Below, piece after piece: positions 46,597 to 56,544 of a stretch of 62,595 bases of DNA. Every line of letters begins with the position of its first letter. The stretch's first letter is position 1. The position numbers and the translations under genes were made by a program. Source of the stretch: Clostridiales bacterium (GTDB taxonomy: Bacteria; Bacillota; Clostridia; Oscillospirales; CAG-382); contig SFLA01000003.1 in NCBI GenBank assembly GCA_004553575.1, positions 1 to 62,595 on the forward strand, written 5' to 3'. The notes under the pieces were generated by a model. That model made no database searches. It was not told the DNA's origin and saw nothing but the letters and a program-made list of their open reading frames with translations.

Positions 46597-46625
46597 TTGA
46601 CTTTAAGTGCAGTAACTGTTACAAT
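46597..46625 (+). promoter_or_regulatory. sigma-A type promoter with extended -10
   Basis: TTGACT, 17 nt spacer including TGt, then TACAAT. The TTG start of the track ORF at 46597 is this -35 box. Confidence 0.55.
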
Positions 46626-46638
46626 CGGACGGAAGGGG

Positions 46639-47733
46639 ATGAGCCTTTTAGTGAAAGTACTGCTTTCGCCCTCGGATGCCGCCCGGCTTATGCGTCTCGA
46701 AAAGACCAGACAGCTTAATTTCCGAGTCCTGCGGCTGTATGCCGATTATCTGAATTACGACCCGCGCTTTGTCACTCCGGAGACTCTGGATATGCTTATA
46801 AAAGACTGCGGTGTAACCCCGGAGCAGGCGTTCTGCGGGGCGCTGTCCGCGCTGTTCGGTCTGGACTGCGACGCCAGTGCCGACGACCGGATAATTTCAC
46901 GCAAATATCTTAACGGTTCAGTAGCCTGTCTCGACCCGGCTCCGTACCGCAGTCAGCCGTATATCCGCACGGTGTCGTTTCCGGAATCGTCCTCCGGAGA
47001 TTGGGAGCTTACCCACGGGAGCATAGCCCCCTGCGAAGGCTTTATTTACAACGATATAACCGTTATGCCGGATTACACCGAGCTGCCGCGTCTGGGCTTC
47101 TTCAGGAGCGAATACACCTTTCCGTCGGTCAGACAGGGCGGAAGGGAATGGATGACCCTTGCTCCGAATGAGACGGCAACCCTCGCCTCCGCCGTGTCGG
47201 GCTGCTTCGGCAGGGTAATCACCTTCGGATTGGGACTGGGCTATTTTGCCTTTATGGCCTCCGGGAAGGACTGCGTTTCGTCCGTCACGGTAATCGAAAA
47301 AGACGAAAATGCAATCAAGCTGTTCCGGGAATGCATACTTCCTCATTTTCCGCACCGCGATAAGATCACAGTGATATGTGCCGACGCCTTTGAATATGCG
47401 CGCAACGATATGCCGGGTGCCGGATATGATTATGCGCTGGCGGATATATGGCACGATCTTTCGGACGGCTTTTCGCCGTATATCCGTTTCCGCCGCCTCG
47501 CTCTGCTTACCCCCGGTACCGTATGGTCGTTCTGGCTGGAGGGAACAATGCTGTCCCACCTTCGATGGCTTATCTTCGACCGTCTGCGCGAAAGCTTCGA
47601 ATCAGGCGAGAGTGTTTTCGACGGCGGCGAAGATATTACTTCATTTGCCCGTATATCCGACATACTGTCTGACGACAGTCTGCGTATTACTGCCAGTAAA
47701 ATAAGAGAAGAAAAAGGGAGAATTATGCTATGA
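46639..47733 (+). CDS. hypothetical protein with Rossmann/methyltransferase-like (spermidine-synthase-like) C-terminal half (364 aa)
   Basis: ATG preceded by GGAAGGGG. VITFGLGLGYFA...VTVIEKDENAI...CADAFEY suggests a class I MTase fold. ATGA overlap with the GH20 gene. Confidence 0.5.
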   Translation: MSLLVKVLLSPSDAARLMRLEKTRQLNFRVLRLYADYLNYDPRFVTPETLDMLIKDCGVTPEQAFCGALSALFGLDCDASADDRIISRKYLNGSVACLDPAPYRSQPYIRTVSFPESSSGDWELTHGSIAPCEGFIYNDITVMPDYTELPRLGFFRSEYTFPSVRQGGREWMTLAPNETATLASAVSGCFGRVITFGLGLGYFAFMASGKDCVSSVTVIEKDENAIKLFRECILPHFPHRDKITVICADAFEYARNDMPGAGYDYALADIWHDLSDGFSPYIRFRRLALLTPGTVWSFWLEGTMLSHLRWLIFDRLRESFESGESVFDGGEDITSFARISDILSDDSLRITASKIREEKGRIML

Positions 47734-50399
47734 AAAAACGTATTGCCGCCGCGATTTTAGCGGCAGCACTGCTTGCGCCGTCCGCTGTCGTATCGGCGGA
47801 GGAGGTCAATCCCGCTCCGACCGTAATACCCGCGGTAAGGGAATGGGAGGGAGCAACCGGAAGATTCGTACCCGGAAACGGCATGAAACTTGTCGTAACC
47901 GAGGGCACCTCCGTTTCGCAGGCAAAGATTGATATTATCGCCGGATATTTCGACGATATGTTCGGTATAGCCCTCGAAGTATCTGACGGAGCACCGTCGG
48001 CGGGCGATCTCGTACTCGTAACCGGCGGCGACGAGAGCGTGCTCGGTAAGGACGGTTATATACTTGAGGTAGGGGATACCGTCACCGTAACGGCTCCCAA
48101 CGATATAGGTCTGCTCTACGGCGTAATAACGGTCGTACAGTCCGTTTCGGCAGACGGATACGTCCCTTGCGGCACCGCGCGCGATTACAGCTATTACAAA
48201 TGCCGCGGCGGTATGCTCGATGTTGCACGCGCTTACCTTTCGCTCGAATATGTAGAGGAAATAACCAAGTATTTCGCTTACTTCAAACTGAACGAAATAC
48301 ATCTGCATATAAACGACAACGGAGAAAACGGATACACCGCCTTCCGTCTCGAGAGTGACGTTCCGGGGCTTACTTCCACCGACGGCTATTACACCAAAGA
48401 AGCCTACCGGGCATACCAGAAGCGTATGGCGGAATACGGCGTGACCGTAATAACCGAAATCGATACGCCCGCCCATTCTTCCTGCTTTGCCTCCTGTGTG
48501 CCGTCCGAATATATGCTTGACGGCTACCATATCGATATATCCAATCCCGATGCCGTGCAGTTTGTGCTGGATCTTTTTGACGAATATATTACCGGCGACG
48601 ATCCCGTGTTCGTTTCGGATACGGTTCATATCGGAACGGACGAATATCCCGCCGGCCATGAGGAGGAGATGCGCGCTTATACCGATACCCTTCTGCGTCA
48701 TATATCCTCCCGCGGGTATACGCCCCGGTTCTGGGGATCGTTCGGAGGAACAGGCTTCAACGGTAATACCCCGGTCACCTCCGATGCCCAGACCAACTTC
48801 TGGGCTGTCGAGCTGTCGGATTACAAAACACTGTTCGATATGGGCTACGATGTAATTAACACCTGCGGACCCGTTCTGTATATAGTACCGGGCGGCAACT
48901 ACGGCTTTGCCGATTATTACGACCTGTCTTCGCTCTACACCGCATGGTACGTAAATTACCTGGGCTGGAATGAAAGCACATCGGTTTCTCCGGATAACCC
49001 TCAGCTCCTCGGCGGCAGTTTTGCGCTGTGGAACGATTTGTATACCGAGTACAGCGGCTTTTCCGTATTCGACATATTCGACCGTGTTCGCGGAGGCGTC
49101 TGCCTTATGGCGGAAAAGACCTGGTGCGGCGAGCAAACCCGCGAAATCGGCGCTGCGGATTTCGTTGCAAGATACGATCTGCTGTCGCAGTATTCCGGCG
49201 ACAGCGACCCCGGCAGACATAAGATCGACGATATTGACGGCGAGGTGCCTTCCGGCGTTACCTCCTTCGGATGGCCGTATACGGCATCCGCAGAGGTCAC
49301 GGTCAATAAACTCGGGGACGGCTTTACCCTGTTCGGAGGCAAGGACGGCGAATTCCGCGTGCTTGCGGACGGTACTCCGGTGCTTTGCCGCGGCGGATAC
49401 GAATTCAGCTTTGACTGCAAAATAGAAGAAGGCAGGACAACAACGGTCGGACTTATTGCGGACAACAGACAGACCCTGCTTGTAATAGACGGAACGTATT
49501 ATTACTTCCCGATAAACAACCTCAATTCTCAGCTTACACGCAGCTCAACCTTCGTCCTCCCGCTCGAAAGAATCGGCGACGGACTTGACGGAAGCGTATC
49601 CGGACTTAAGGTCGTGTCCGGCGCGGCAGATCTGAACAAACTGGTCGTCAACGCCAACCTCGCGCTCGGAGCAAAGGTCACCGTAAGCGGGCTCGAGGTG
49701 AACGACGGCAGATTCACTGCGGATCTCGCTGTGGACGGCGACGAAAGCACCCGCCTCTCCTTCTCCGCCGCCGCGGATTATCAGTGGATGGTGGTGGATC
49801 TCGGCGAAATAAAACCCGTCAACTGTGTCGAGATAATGTTCTTCGAGCACATTTCGGATTATACCGTTTCGGTATCGACCGACGGCGAGAATTACACCGA
49901 GGCAGCGCATATCACTATCGGCGATGACGGAAAAAAGCAGACCGACCGTGTGGATTTCGACATGACCGAGGCGAGATACATAAAATACGAACAGCATAAG
50001 CGGTTCTGCGTTACCGATTGGAACGCCTATTACAGCGGCGGCATTCTCGAATTCCGTGTGTATGGCTTTGACGAGGCGAAGTATCGGTCGCTTATCGACC
50101 GTGCGGAGGAATGCATTTCCGCCGGGGCTCCGGATACTCTGCGCGCCGCCAAAAACGCGCTTAAGAATTACCTGTCCGCGGATACGGTTTTTGCAACCCA
50201 TCTCGAAGGACTGAGCGAAACGCTTTCGGCAGAGATCGATTCGTTCCTCGATTCGCAGTCGGCTGTATCCGAAGCGGAATCCTCTGTTGCGGAGCCGTCG
50301 GCGTTCAATCCGGCATGGTATGCAGCGGCAGCCGCGGTCGCTGTTGCGGCAATAGGCGCTGCGGTTTACATAATACTCAACAAACGCCGTAAAAAATAA
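47730..50399 (+). CDS. secreted glycoside hydrolase family 20 (beta-N-acetylhexosaminidase-like) with F5/8 type C domain and C-terminal TM anchor (889 aa)
   Basis: Signal peptide. GH20 blocks are LNEIHLHINDN and VHIGTDEY. A discoidin-like segment is present (NLALGAKVTVSG...VDGDESTRLS...VVDLG). The C-terminal TM is followed by KRRKK. Confidence 0.85.
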   Translation: MKKRIAAAILAAALLAPSAVVSAEEVNPAPTVIPAVREWEGATGRFVPGNGMKLVVTEGTSVSQAKIDIIAGYFDDMFGIALEVSDGAPSAGDLVLVTGGDESVLGKDGYILEVGDTVTVTAPNDIGLLYGVITVVQSVSADGYVPCGTARDYSYYKCRGGMLDVARAYLSLEYVEEITKYFAYFKLNEIHLHINDNGENGYTAFRLESDVPGLTSTDGYYTKEAYRAYQKRMAEYGVTVITEIDTPAHSSCFASCVPSEYMLDGYHIDISNPDAVQFVLDLFDEYITGDDPVFVSDTVHIGTDEYPAGHEEEMRAYTDTLLRHISSRGYTPRFWGSFGGTGFNGNTPVTSDAQTNFWAVELSDYKTLFDMGYDVINTCGPVLYIVPGGNYGFADYYDLSSLYTAWYVNYLGWNESTSVSPDNPQLLGGSFALWNDLYTEYSGFSVFDIFDRVRGGVCLMAEKTWCGEQTREIGAADFVARYDLLSQYSGDSDPGRHKIDDIDGEVPSGVTSFGWPYTASAEVTVNKLGDGFTLFGGKDGEFRVLADGTPVLCRGGYEFSFDCKIEEGRTTTVGLIADNRQTLLVIDGTYYYFPINNLNSQLTRSSTFVLPLERIGDGLDGSVSGLKVVSGAADLNKLVVNANLALGAKVTVSGLEVNDGRFTADLAVDGDESTRLSFSAAADYQWMVVDLGEIKPVNCVEIMFFEHISDYTVSVSTDGENYTEAAHITIGDDGKKQTDRVDFDMTEARYIKYEQHKRFCVTDWNAYYSGGILEFRVYGFDEAKYRSLIDRAEECISAGAPDTLRAAKNALKNYLSADTVFATHLEGLSETLSAEIDSFLDSQSAVSEAESSVAEPSAFNPAWYAAAAAVAVAAIGAAVYIILNKRRKK

Positions 50400-50448
50400 C
50401 TTTTTCGGTACTTTTCGTACCATTTTTGCTTGAATTTCATTAAAAAAT

Positions 50449-50492
50449 GCTCCGGAAAAACCGTACTTTCGGTCTTTCCGGAGCCTGTTTTT
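50449..50492. terminator. bidirectional hairpin terminator
   Basis: gctccggaaa / tttccggagc stem with A-run upstream and T-run downstream. Confidence 0.6.
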
Positions 50493-50580
50493 GTGTTATG
50501 CAGTGTATGTACCGGCGGTGTCGGTGCGGTAAGCCGACGGTACACGGAAACGGCATGGCAGAAAGCTGACGGCGTAAAGG

Positions 50581-51492
50581 TTATCTGCCCGCAATCCTTT
50601 TCTTGCCCGGAAGCTGGGATACGACCACGGCGGCGAACATAAGGACACAGCCGAATATCTGCACGGCGCCGAGCCTTTCGTTGAGCAGCAGCCAGCCTGA
50701 CAGTGCGGCAAACACCGATTCAAGACTCATGATTATTGATGCGGCGGCAGGCTCGGAATACTTCTGCCCGATAATCTGAAGAGTATAACCCATTCCGCTG
50801 GAACATATTCCGGTATACAGAATCGGCAGCCAGCATGAGGCGACGACCGAAAGCTCCTGATGTTCGAACAAAAGCGACGCGGCGAGCGACAGGACGCCGC
50901 AGACAGCGAACTGTACACAGGAAATAATGATGCCGTCCAGCCGGGCGCAGCGGTCAACGTAGAGTACATATACGCCGAATACCGCGGAACACAGAAGTAC
51001 GAGAAGGTCGCCGGAATATATCCCGCCGGGTCCTCCTGCAAGGCACAGCAGGTACATTCCGACCATACAGCCCGCCGCCGAAAGCAGTACGGTAATCCGT
51101 ATCTGCCGGCATTTTATTATTGTATAAACGGCAACCATAACGACATAGGTCGCGGTAAGAAAGCCGGATCTTCCGGACGCCGCCGCCTCTTCCGGATACG
51201 AAGCAATACCGAACTGCTGGAGATTGGCGGCTGCAAAGAGTATTGACCCGCAGACCGCGCCGGATATTACGCTGCGGCGCAGGTCGGGGGAGCGGTATAC
51301 GGTATTACCGCGTTTGCGAAGCCGATTCCGTATAAATATAACGGCGAGAAGAAACAACGAGGCGATTATACCGCGCGCCGCATTGAACGCAAACGACCCT
51401 AATGTATCCGGTACCGACGCCTGAGCAACGAACGCCGCACCCCATAAAACCGAAGCCGCGAGCAGGCAGACGGTACCCTTTATGCTTTTCAT
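50581..51492 (-). CDS. DMT superfamily (EamA) transporter (303 aa)
   Basis: Ten predicted TM helices in two EamA-like halves. I chose the start at MKSIKGT. Confidence 0.8.
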   Translation of the reverse strand: MKSIKGTVCLLAASVLWGAAFVAQASVPDTLGSFAFNAARGIIASLFLLAVIFIRNRLRKRGNTVYRSPDLRRSVISGAVCGSILFAAANLQQFGIASYPEEAAASGRSGFLTATYVVMVAVYTIIKCRQIRITVLLSAAGCMVGMYLLCLAGGPGGIYSGDLLVLLCSAVFGVYVLYVDRCARLDGIIISCVQFAVCGVLSLAASLLFEHQELSVVASCWLPILYTGICSSGMGYTLQIIGQKYSEPAAASIIMSLESVFAALSGWLLLNERLGAVQIFGCVLMFAAVVVSQLPGKKRIAGR

Positions 51493-51629
51493 ATAAATAC
51501 CTTCGCTTTCAGCATGAATCACATCCGGCGCCGGCCTATTGCGGCGCCGGAGACGATTGTAGCATATGCGGATTAAAAAAACAAGCGCGTAAACAGCATT
51601 TTAGAAATTTGAAAATCAGAAAAAAGGTG

Positions 51630-51658
51630 TTGACAAATCCGAAAGCCGGTGATATAAT
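51630..51658 (+). promoter_or_regulatory. consensus sigma-A promoter of the T-box leader
   Basis: TTGACA, 17 nt spacer, TATAAT (perfect consensus). Confidence 0.65.
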
Positions 51659-51664
51659 CCTACC

Positions 51665-51934
51665 AAACCGTTGAAGAAGTGTAAGTAAATCCGGCGGATA
51701 CCGGTCAGAGAGCTGCGGGCGGTGTGATCGCAGTACGGAGAAACGGATCGAATGGGCTTCTGAGGGCGAGCCGAAATAACAGTAGGTGAGACGGAGTTGG
51801 AGCTTCGTTAAAAATTCCGGTATGTGTTTGCATACGCAGAGCGGGCGCTTTACAGGCGTCAAGTTGGGTGGCACCGCAGGATCGATTCCTGTCCCAGCAG
51901 TATTATTATTTTACTGCGGGATAGGATTTTTTTA
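51665..51934 (+). promoter_or_regulatory. T-box riboswitch leader with tryptophan (UGG) specifier
   Basis: Stem I has AGUA, AGAGAG and GGUGUGA distal elements. The specifier loop reads GAA-UGG-G (UGG at 51753-51755). The T-box sequence AAGUUGGGUGGCACCGC lies at 51861-51877. A terminator hairpin (51887-51927) is followed by a U-run. Confidence 0.85.
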
Positions 51935-51965
51935 TTGTCCCGCGCAAAGAAAGGATGGCATTGCC

Positions 51966-53336
51966 ATGAAAAACGAAATCCCCTACAAAATCTACCTGTC
52001 CGAATCAGAACTTCCGAACGCATGGTATAACGTGCGCGCGGACATGAAGAACAAGCCCGCCCCTCTGCTCAATCCCGGCACCGGCAAGCCCGTTACTTTC
52101 GATGATCTTGCCCATGTATTCTGCGACGAGCTGGTAAAGCAGGAGCTGGACAACGACACCGCTTTTATCGAAATACCCGAGGAGATAAGAAATTTCTACA
52201 AGATGTACCGTCCTTCGCCTCTGGTACGTGCGTATTGCCTTGAAGAAAAGCTGCAGACTCCGGCAAAGATCTATTACAAGTTCGAGGGTAACAATACCTC
52301 CGGAAGCCATAAGCTGAATTCTGCCATAGCGCAGGCATACTACGCAAAAAAGCAGGGCCTTAAGGGCGTTACGACCGAGACCGGAGCCGGTCAGTGGGGC
52401 ACGGCGCTTTCCATGGCGTGTGCATACTTCGGACTCGACTGCAAGGTTTTTATGGTTAAGGTCAGCTACGAGCAGAAGCCGTTCCGCCGCGAGGTTATGC
52501 GTACCTACGGCGCGAGCGTAACTCCGTCTCCGTCGGACAGCACCGAAGTCGGACGTAAAATGCTTGCGGAATTTCCCGGCACCGGCGGTTCGCTCGGCTG
52601 CGCCATATCCGAGGCGGTTGAAGCGGCGGTTACCCACGAGGGATACCGCTACGTACTGGGCAGCGTGCTGAATCAGGTGCTGCTGCATCAGAGCGTTATA
52701 GGCCTTGAAAGCAAGGCGGCGATGGATAAATACGGCATAAAGCCCGATATTATTATCGGATGTGCCGGCGGCGGCTCAAATCTCGGCGGACTTATTTCTC
52801 CGTTTATGGGCGAAAAGCTCCGCGGAGAGGCGGATTACCGCATTATAGCGGTCGAGCCGGCATCATGCCCGAGCTTTACACGCGGCAGGTTCGCATACGA
52901 TTTCTGCGATACCGGCAAGGTCTGTCCGCTTGCAAAAATGTATACACTCGGCAGCGGCTTTATGCCCTCGCCGATACACGCCGGCGGTTTGAGATACCAC
53001 GGAATGAGCGGCATTCTTTCACAGCTCTACGATGACGGATATATGGAGGCACGTTCGGTTACGCAGACTGACGTTTTTGAAGCGGCGGAGCAGTTTGCAC
53101 GCTGCGAGGGTATTCTTCCCGCGCCTGAAAGCAGTCATGCCATCCGCGCTGCGATCGACGAGGCATTGAAGTGCCGCGAGACCGGTGAGGAGAAGACGAT
53201 ATTCTTCGGTCTTACCGGAACAGGATACTTCGATATGAAGGCCTACGAGCAGTACAACAACGGCACGATGACCGATTATATCCCGACCGACGCAGACCTT
53301 GAAAAGGGTTTTGCCGGACTTCCCAAAATCGGCTGA
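51966..53336 (+). CDS. TrpB-like PLP-dependent enzyme, tryptophan synthase beta chain 2 (TrpB2) family (456 aa)
   Basis: I chose the ATG at 51966 (RBS AAAGGA) because it lies after the T-box terminator. Sequence blocks include MKNEIPYKIYLSESELPNAWYN, GNNTSGSHKLN (PLP lysine region) and GCAGGGSN. Confidence 0.88.
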   Translation: MKNEIPYKIYLSESELPNAWYNVRADMKNKPAPLLNPGTGKPVTFDDLAHVFCDELVKQELDNDTAFIEIPEEIRNFYKMYRPSPLVRAYCLEEKLQTPAKIYYKFEGNNTSGSHKLNSAIAQAYYAKKQGLKGVTTETGAGQWGTALSMACAYFGLDCKVFMVKVSYEQKPFRREVMRTYGASVTPSPSDSTEVGRKMLAEFPGTGGSLGCAISEAVEAAVTHEGYRYVLGSVLNQVLLHQSVIGLESKAAMDKYGIKPDIIIGCAGGGSNLGGLISPFMGEKLRGEADYRIIAVEPASCPSFTRGRFAYDFCDTGKVCPLAKMYTLGSGFMPSPIHAGGLRYHGMSGILSQLYDDGYMEARSVTQTDVFEAAEQFARCEGILPAPESSHAIRAAIDEALKCRETGEEKTIFFGLTGTGYFDMKAYEQYNNGTMTDYIPTDADLEKGFAGLPKIG

Positions 53337-53354
53337 TTAGTTTTTTACACGAAA

Positions 53355-53393
53355 AACACCCCGCAGGATCGCAAGATTCCGCGGGGTGTTTGT
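53355..53393. terminator. bidirectional hairpin terminator
   Basis: aacaccccgc / gcggggtgtt stem between convergent trpB2-like and folD genes. Confidence 0.6.
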
Positions 53394-53408
53394 ACTTATA
53401 TATGAGGT

Positions 53409-54266
53409 TCAGACTATGCCTTCGTGTATACGGTAGGCTGTAAGAGTATTTTCGAGCAGCATTGCGCGGGTCATCGGACCGACTCCGCCGGGAACGGGCG
53501 TAATCCATTCGGCGACTCCGGAGCAGGAATCAAAATCGCAGTCACCGCATAGCTTTCCGTCAGCTCCGCGGTTCATTCCGACATCGATAACCGCGGCTCC
53601 GGGCTTTACCATGTCACCGGTTATAATACCTGCCTTGCCGACGGCGCAGACAAGAATATCGGCACTGCGGGTATGTGACGCGAGATCCGGAGTCCGTGAA
53701 TGACATACCGTAACGGTACCGCTGCGCGAGAGCAGCAGCATTGCGGCGGGCTTGCCGACTATATTGCTTCTGCCGACGACACAGCAGCGTTTTCCTTCGA
53801 TCTGAATTCCGTATTCGTCGAGCAGACGTATAATTCCCGCGGGCGTGCATGGGAGCATTAACGGATTCCCCTGAAACAGCCTTCCGGCGGAATACGGGTG
53901 GAAGCAGTCCACGTCTTTGTCCGGCAGAATTGCCTCGAGCACCTCGTTTTCGTCCTCGCGGCGCGGGAGAGGAAGCTGGCAGAGAATACCGTCGGTTTCC
54001 GGGTCGGAGTTGAGAAAGGATACCAGATCAAGCAGTTCTTTTTTTGAAGTATCGGAGGGGAGCACATATACGCTCGAAAAAATTCCGACTTCCTCGCAGT
54101 CCTTCTTCTTATTGCGTACATATACCTGTGACGCCGGGTTTTCCCCTGCAAGAATGACAGCGAGAGAGGGCACTCTGCCTCCGTGAGCAATATAATCGGC
54201 GACCTTTGATGCTACTGAATTCTTAACTTTAACGGCTGTAGCCTTGCCGTCCAATACAGCCGCCAT
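53409..54266 (-). CDS. folD: bifunctional methylenetetrahydrofolate dehydrogenase / methenyltetrahydrofolate cyclohydrolase
   Basis: 285 aa. Contains LDGKA, VYVRNKKK, GRSNIVGKP and PVPGGVGPMT blocks. Confidence 0.92.
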   Translation of the reverse strand: MAAVLDGKATAVKVKNSVASKVADYIAHGGRVPSLAVILAGENPASQVYVRNKKKDCEEVGIFSSVYVLPSDTSKKELLDLVSFLNSDPETDGILCQLPLPRREDENEVLEAILPDKDVDCFHPYSAGRLFQGNPLMLPCTPAGIIRLLDEYGIQIEGKRCCVVGRSNIVGKPAAMLLLSRSGTVTVCHSRTPDLASHTRSADILVCAVGKAGIITGDMVKPGAAVIDVGMNRGADGKLCGDCDFDSCSGVAEWITPVPGGVGPMTRAMLLENTLTAYRIHEGIV

Positions 54267-55243
54267 TACTGCTTATCCTCGGGCCCGTGCTCCGCTTCGG
54301 AGGCAGGCTCGGAAGCGGTATCGGAGACTGTTCCGGAAGCGGTTCCGGACTCGGCTTCGGAGGATGCGGCATAAGCCTGCTCATAGGCTTCGACCTCGGC
54401 GGTTTCGCGGCTGCTGCGGCGGGAAAGCAGCACGAGCAGTACTATTGCGACCGCGCAGGACGCAAAGCCGATGAAGCTGTTAAGCTTTATTCCGGCGACA
54501 TACAGGGAATCGGTGCGAAGCAGTTCGATAAAGCCTCTGCCTAAGCCGTACCAGGCGACATATGTGAGGAAGGACTGACCGCTGAATCGTTTGTTTTTAT
54601 ACAGCAGGTTTATAAGCACGAAGCCGGATACATTCCACAGCGATTCGTAAAGGAAGGTCGGATGTACGAATTCGGCGGGTACAACGGTTTTTATACCGTC
54701 TATAACCGTAGTATAAGTCGCTCCGTCGACAGTCATCCGCCACGGCATGTTCGCGACATGCTCGGACCAGCCGTAAGCCTCGCCGTTGCAGAAGTTGCCC
54801 CAGCGGCCGAGTATCTGGCCGATCATGACAGCCGGCGCCGCGGCGTCGAGCACTTTTGTTACGGTAATCTTTCTGACCTTGCAGTAAACAAGTATGGTAA
54901 TAAAGCCGAAAATAATTGCACCGTATATGGCGAGTCCGCCGTTCCAGACGCTTATCATGGATTTGAAATCCGGGTAGCTGTCAAGATTGGTAACGACATA
55001 GAGGAACCGCGCACCGACTATGGCTATCGGTACGGTGAAAAGGGTTATGTTGTAGCAGTCGTCCTCTGAAATACGCTCGTATTTCCGGGCGCGCCACAGA
55101 AAATAAATGAATGCGAGCACGATACCGACGGCGATGAGTATTCCGTACCAGTAGACATTTATACCGTTGCCGATGGGGATAGTGAAAGCGATGCGATTGA
55201 TTGTGAACTCAAGCCCGAGTCCGGGGAAGGTGACGTGTGTCAT
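54266..55243 (-). CDS. lgt: prolipoprotein diacylglyceryl transferase with acidic C-terminal tail
   Basis: WYGILIAVG, GRWGNFCNGEAYG and HPTFLYESLWN blocks. About 50 aa of Ser/Glu/Ala-rich tail. Confidence 0.9.
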   Translation of the reverse strand: MTHVTFPGLGLEFTINRIAFTIPIGNGINVYWYGILIAVGIVLAFIYFLWRARKYERISEDDCYNITLFTVPIAIVGARFLYVVTNLDSYPDFKSMISVWNGGLAIYGAIIFGFITILVYCKVRKITVTKVLDAAAPAVMIGQILGRWGNFCNGEAYGWSEHVANMPWRMTVDGATYTTVIDGIKTVVPAEFVHPTFLYESLWNVSGFVLINLLYKNKRFSGQSFLTYVAWYGLGRGFIELLRTDSLYVAGIKLNSFIGFASCAVAIVLLVLLSRRSSRETAEVEAYEQAYAASSEAESGTASGTVSDTASEPASEAEHGPEDKQ

Positions 55244-56544
55244 TTTTCTGTGTCCTTTCCGGTGTGGTTTCGTGGAAAAACTATCGATATTGCGGCCGTA
55301 TCCGGGTCGTAGCCGGAATCGAGCCGCTTTCTCACGTCTTCGGGGGTGACCGACGCTATTATGTCCGCGTAATCGAGTATGTCGCAGCCCTCGAGTGCGG
55401 CGGCGGACATGCGGCTTGCCGTATCTGCGGTTCCGGTATATGCGAGCAGCTCGCTCGCATAAACTACCTTCTTCGCTCGGGAAAACTCCTCGTCGGTGAA
55501 GAACACCTCACGGCGCTTTTCTATCTCGGCCAGAACGGCGGGAAGCACCGCATCGGGGTTATCGGCGGCACCTTCTACGGAAATATAAGACCAGTCTCTC
55601 GAATTGACATAGCCGAAGTCGAATCTGTCGGTCAGCAGACCGCTTTCGTATGCGTCGCAGTAGAAGCTGCCGGACTGACCGAACATCATCTGGAGGAGTA
55701 TCGCATGCTCGGCGGAGCGGCGTAGGTCGTTGTCCGAGGGGTCGGGAACCGGTTCCTTTATTCCGACGGCGAACAGCGGCTGTGCGACTTCAAGCTCCGA
55801 GGTCACTCTGCGGCGGTTAATACGCTCCGGTTCGTCCGACGGGAGGAGGATAATATCCGGCGCCGGGTCTGCGGTCAGACAGGCATCGCATACCGCGGCG
55901 ACCTGCTCCGGCGTAACATTTCCGCTTATGCACAGAACCATGTTAGACGGATGATAAAACGCGCCGTGAACCCGGTACAAAAGCTCGGGGGTTATTCCGG
56001 CAATAGTCCCGGCGGTGCCGGCAATATCGATTTTTACCGGGTTGCGGACATACAGCGCGTCGAGCAGATTCTTCTGAAGCTGCCAGTCGGGGTCGTCGTC
56101 GTACATTCCTATTTCCTGACAGATAATGCCCGTCTCTTTCTTAACCGATGAAGATGTGAAATAAGGGTGGGTTACAAGGTCGAGCAGAATGGACAGGTTT
56201 TCGTCGAAATTCTCGGTGCAGGAAAACTGGAAGGCAGTGCGCTCGAACGTGGTATAAGCATTCGCCTCGGCTCCGGTAAGCGCGTAGCGCTCGAACGCGT
56301 TCTCGCCCGATTCGCTGTCAAACAGCTTGTGCTCGAGAAAATGAGCGGTGCCGTCCGGAACGGAGGTGAACCGCTTTTCGGACGACAGGCGGAAGGCGGT
56401 ATCGCAGGAGCCGAATTTTGCCGCAATGACCGCAAAAGCTGTTGCGTGGGGCTTTGGATTTATATAGACGGGAAGTCCGGAGGAATGTGTAAAGCTTATA
56501 ATCGTTTCGCCGATAGCGGGGTTTGTGCGCACGGTCGTTTTCAT
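55240..56544 (-). CDS. M16 family zinc peptidase, active-type (HxxEH), YmfH-like (434 aa)
   Basis: HFLEHKLF inverted zinc motif. ATGA overlaps on both sides. Confidence 0.85.
   Translation of the reverse strand: MKTTVRTNPAIGETIISFTHSSGLPVYINPKPHATAFAVIAAKFGSCDTAFRLSSEKRFTSVPDGTAHFLEHKLFDSESGENAFERYALTGAEANAYTTFERTAFQFSCTENFDENLSILLDLVTHPYFTSSSVKKETGIICQEIGMYDDDPDWQLQKNLLDALYVRNPVKIDIAGTAGTIAGITPELLYRVHGAFYHPSNMVLCISGNVTPEQVAAVCDACLTADPAPDIILLPSDEPERINRRRVTSELEVAQPLFAVGIKEPVPDPSDNDLRRSAEHAILLQMMFGQSGSFYCDAYESGLLTDRFDFGYVNSRDWSYISVEGAADNPDAVLPAVLAEIEKRREVFFTDEEFSRAKKVVYASELLAYTGTADTASRMSAAALEGCDILDYADIIASVTPEDVRKRLDSGYDPDTAAISIVFPRNHTGKDTEK

Noticed and set aside
46597-46638. TTG start of the 378-aa ORF. 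The same issue applies to the TTG-started 87-aa ORF at 15907.
   Set aside because: In both cases the TTG is the first half of a TTGAC(T/A) -35 box of a well-spaced promoter, so it lies upstream of the transcript.
51786-51965. N-terminal 60 codons of the 516-aa TrpB2 ORF
   Set aside because: This stretch is the T-box leader, including the T-box sequence and terminator hairpin. The conserved TrpB2 N-terminus begins at the ATG at 51966, which has its own RBS.
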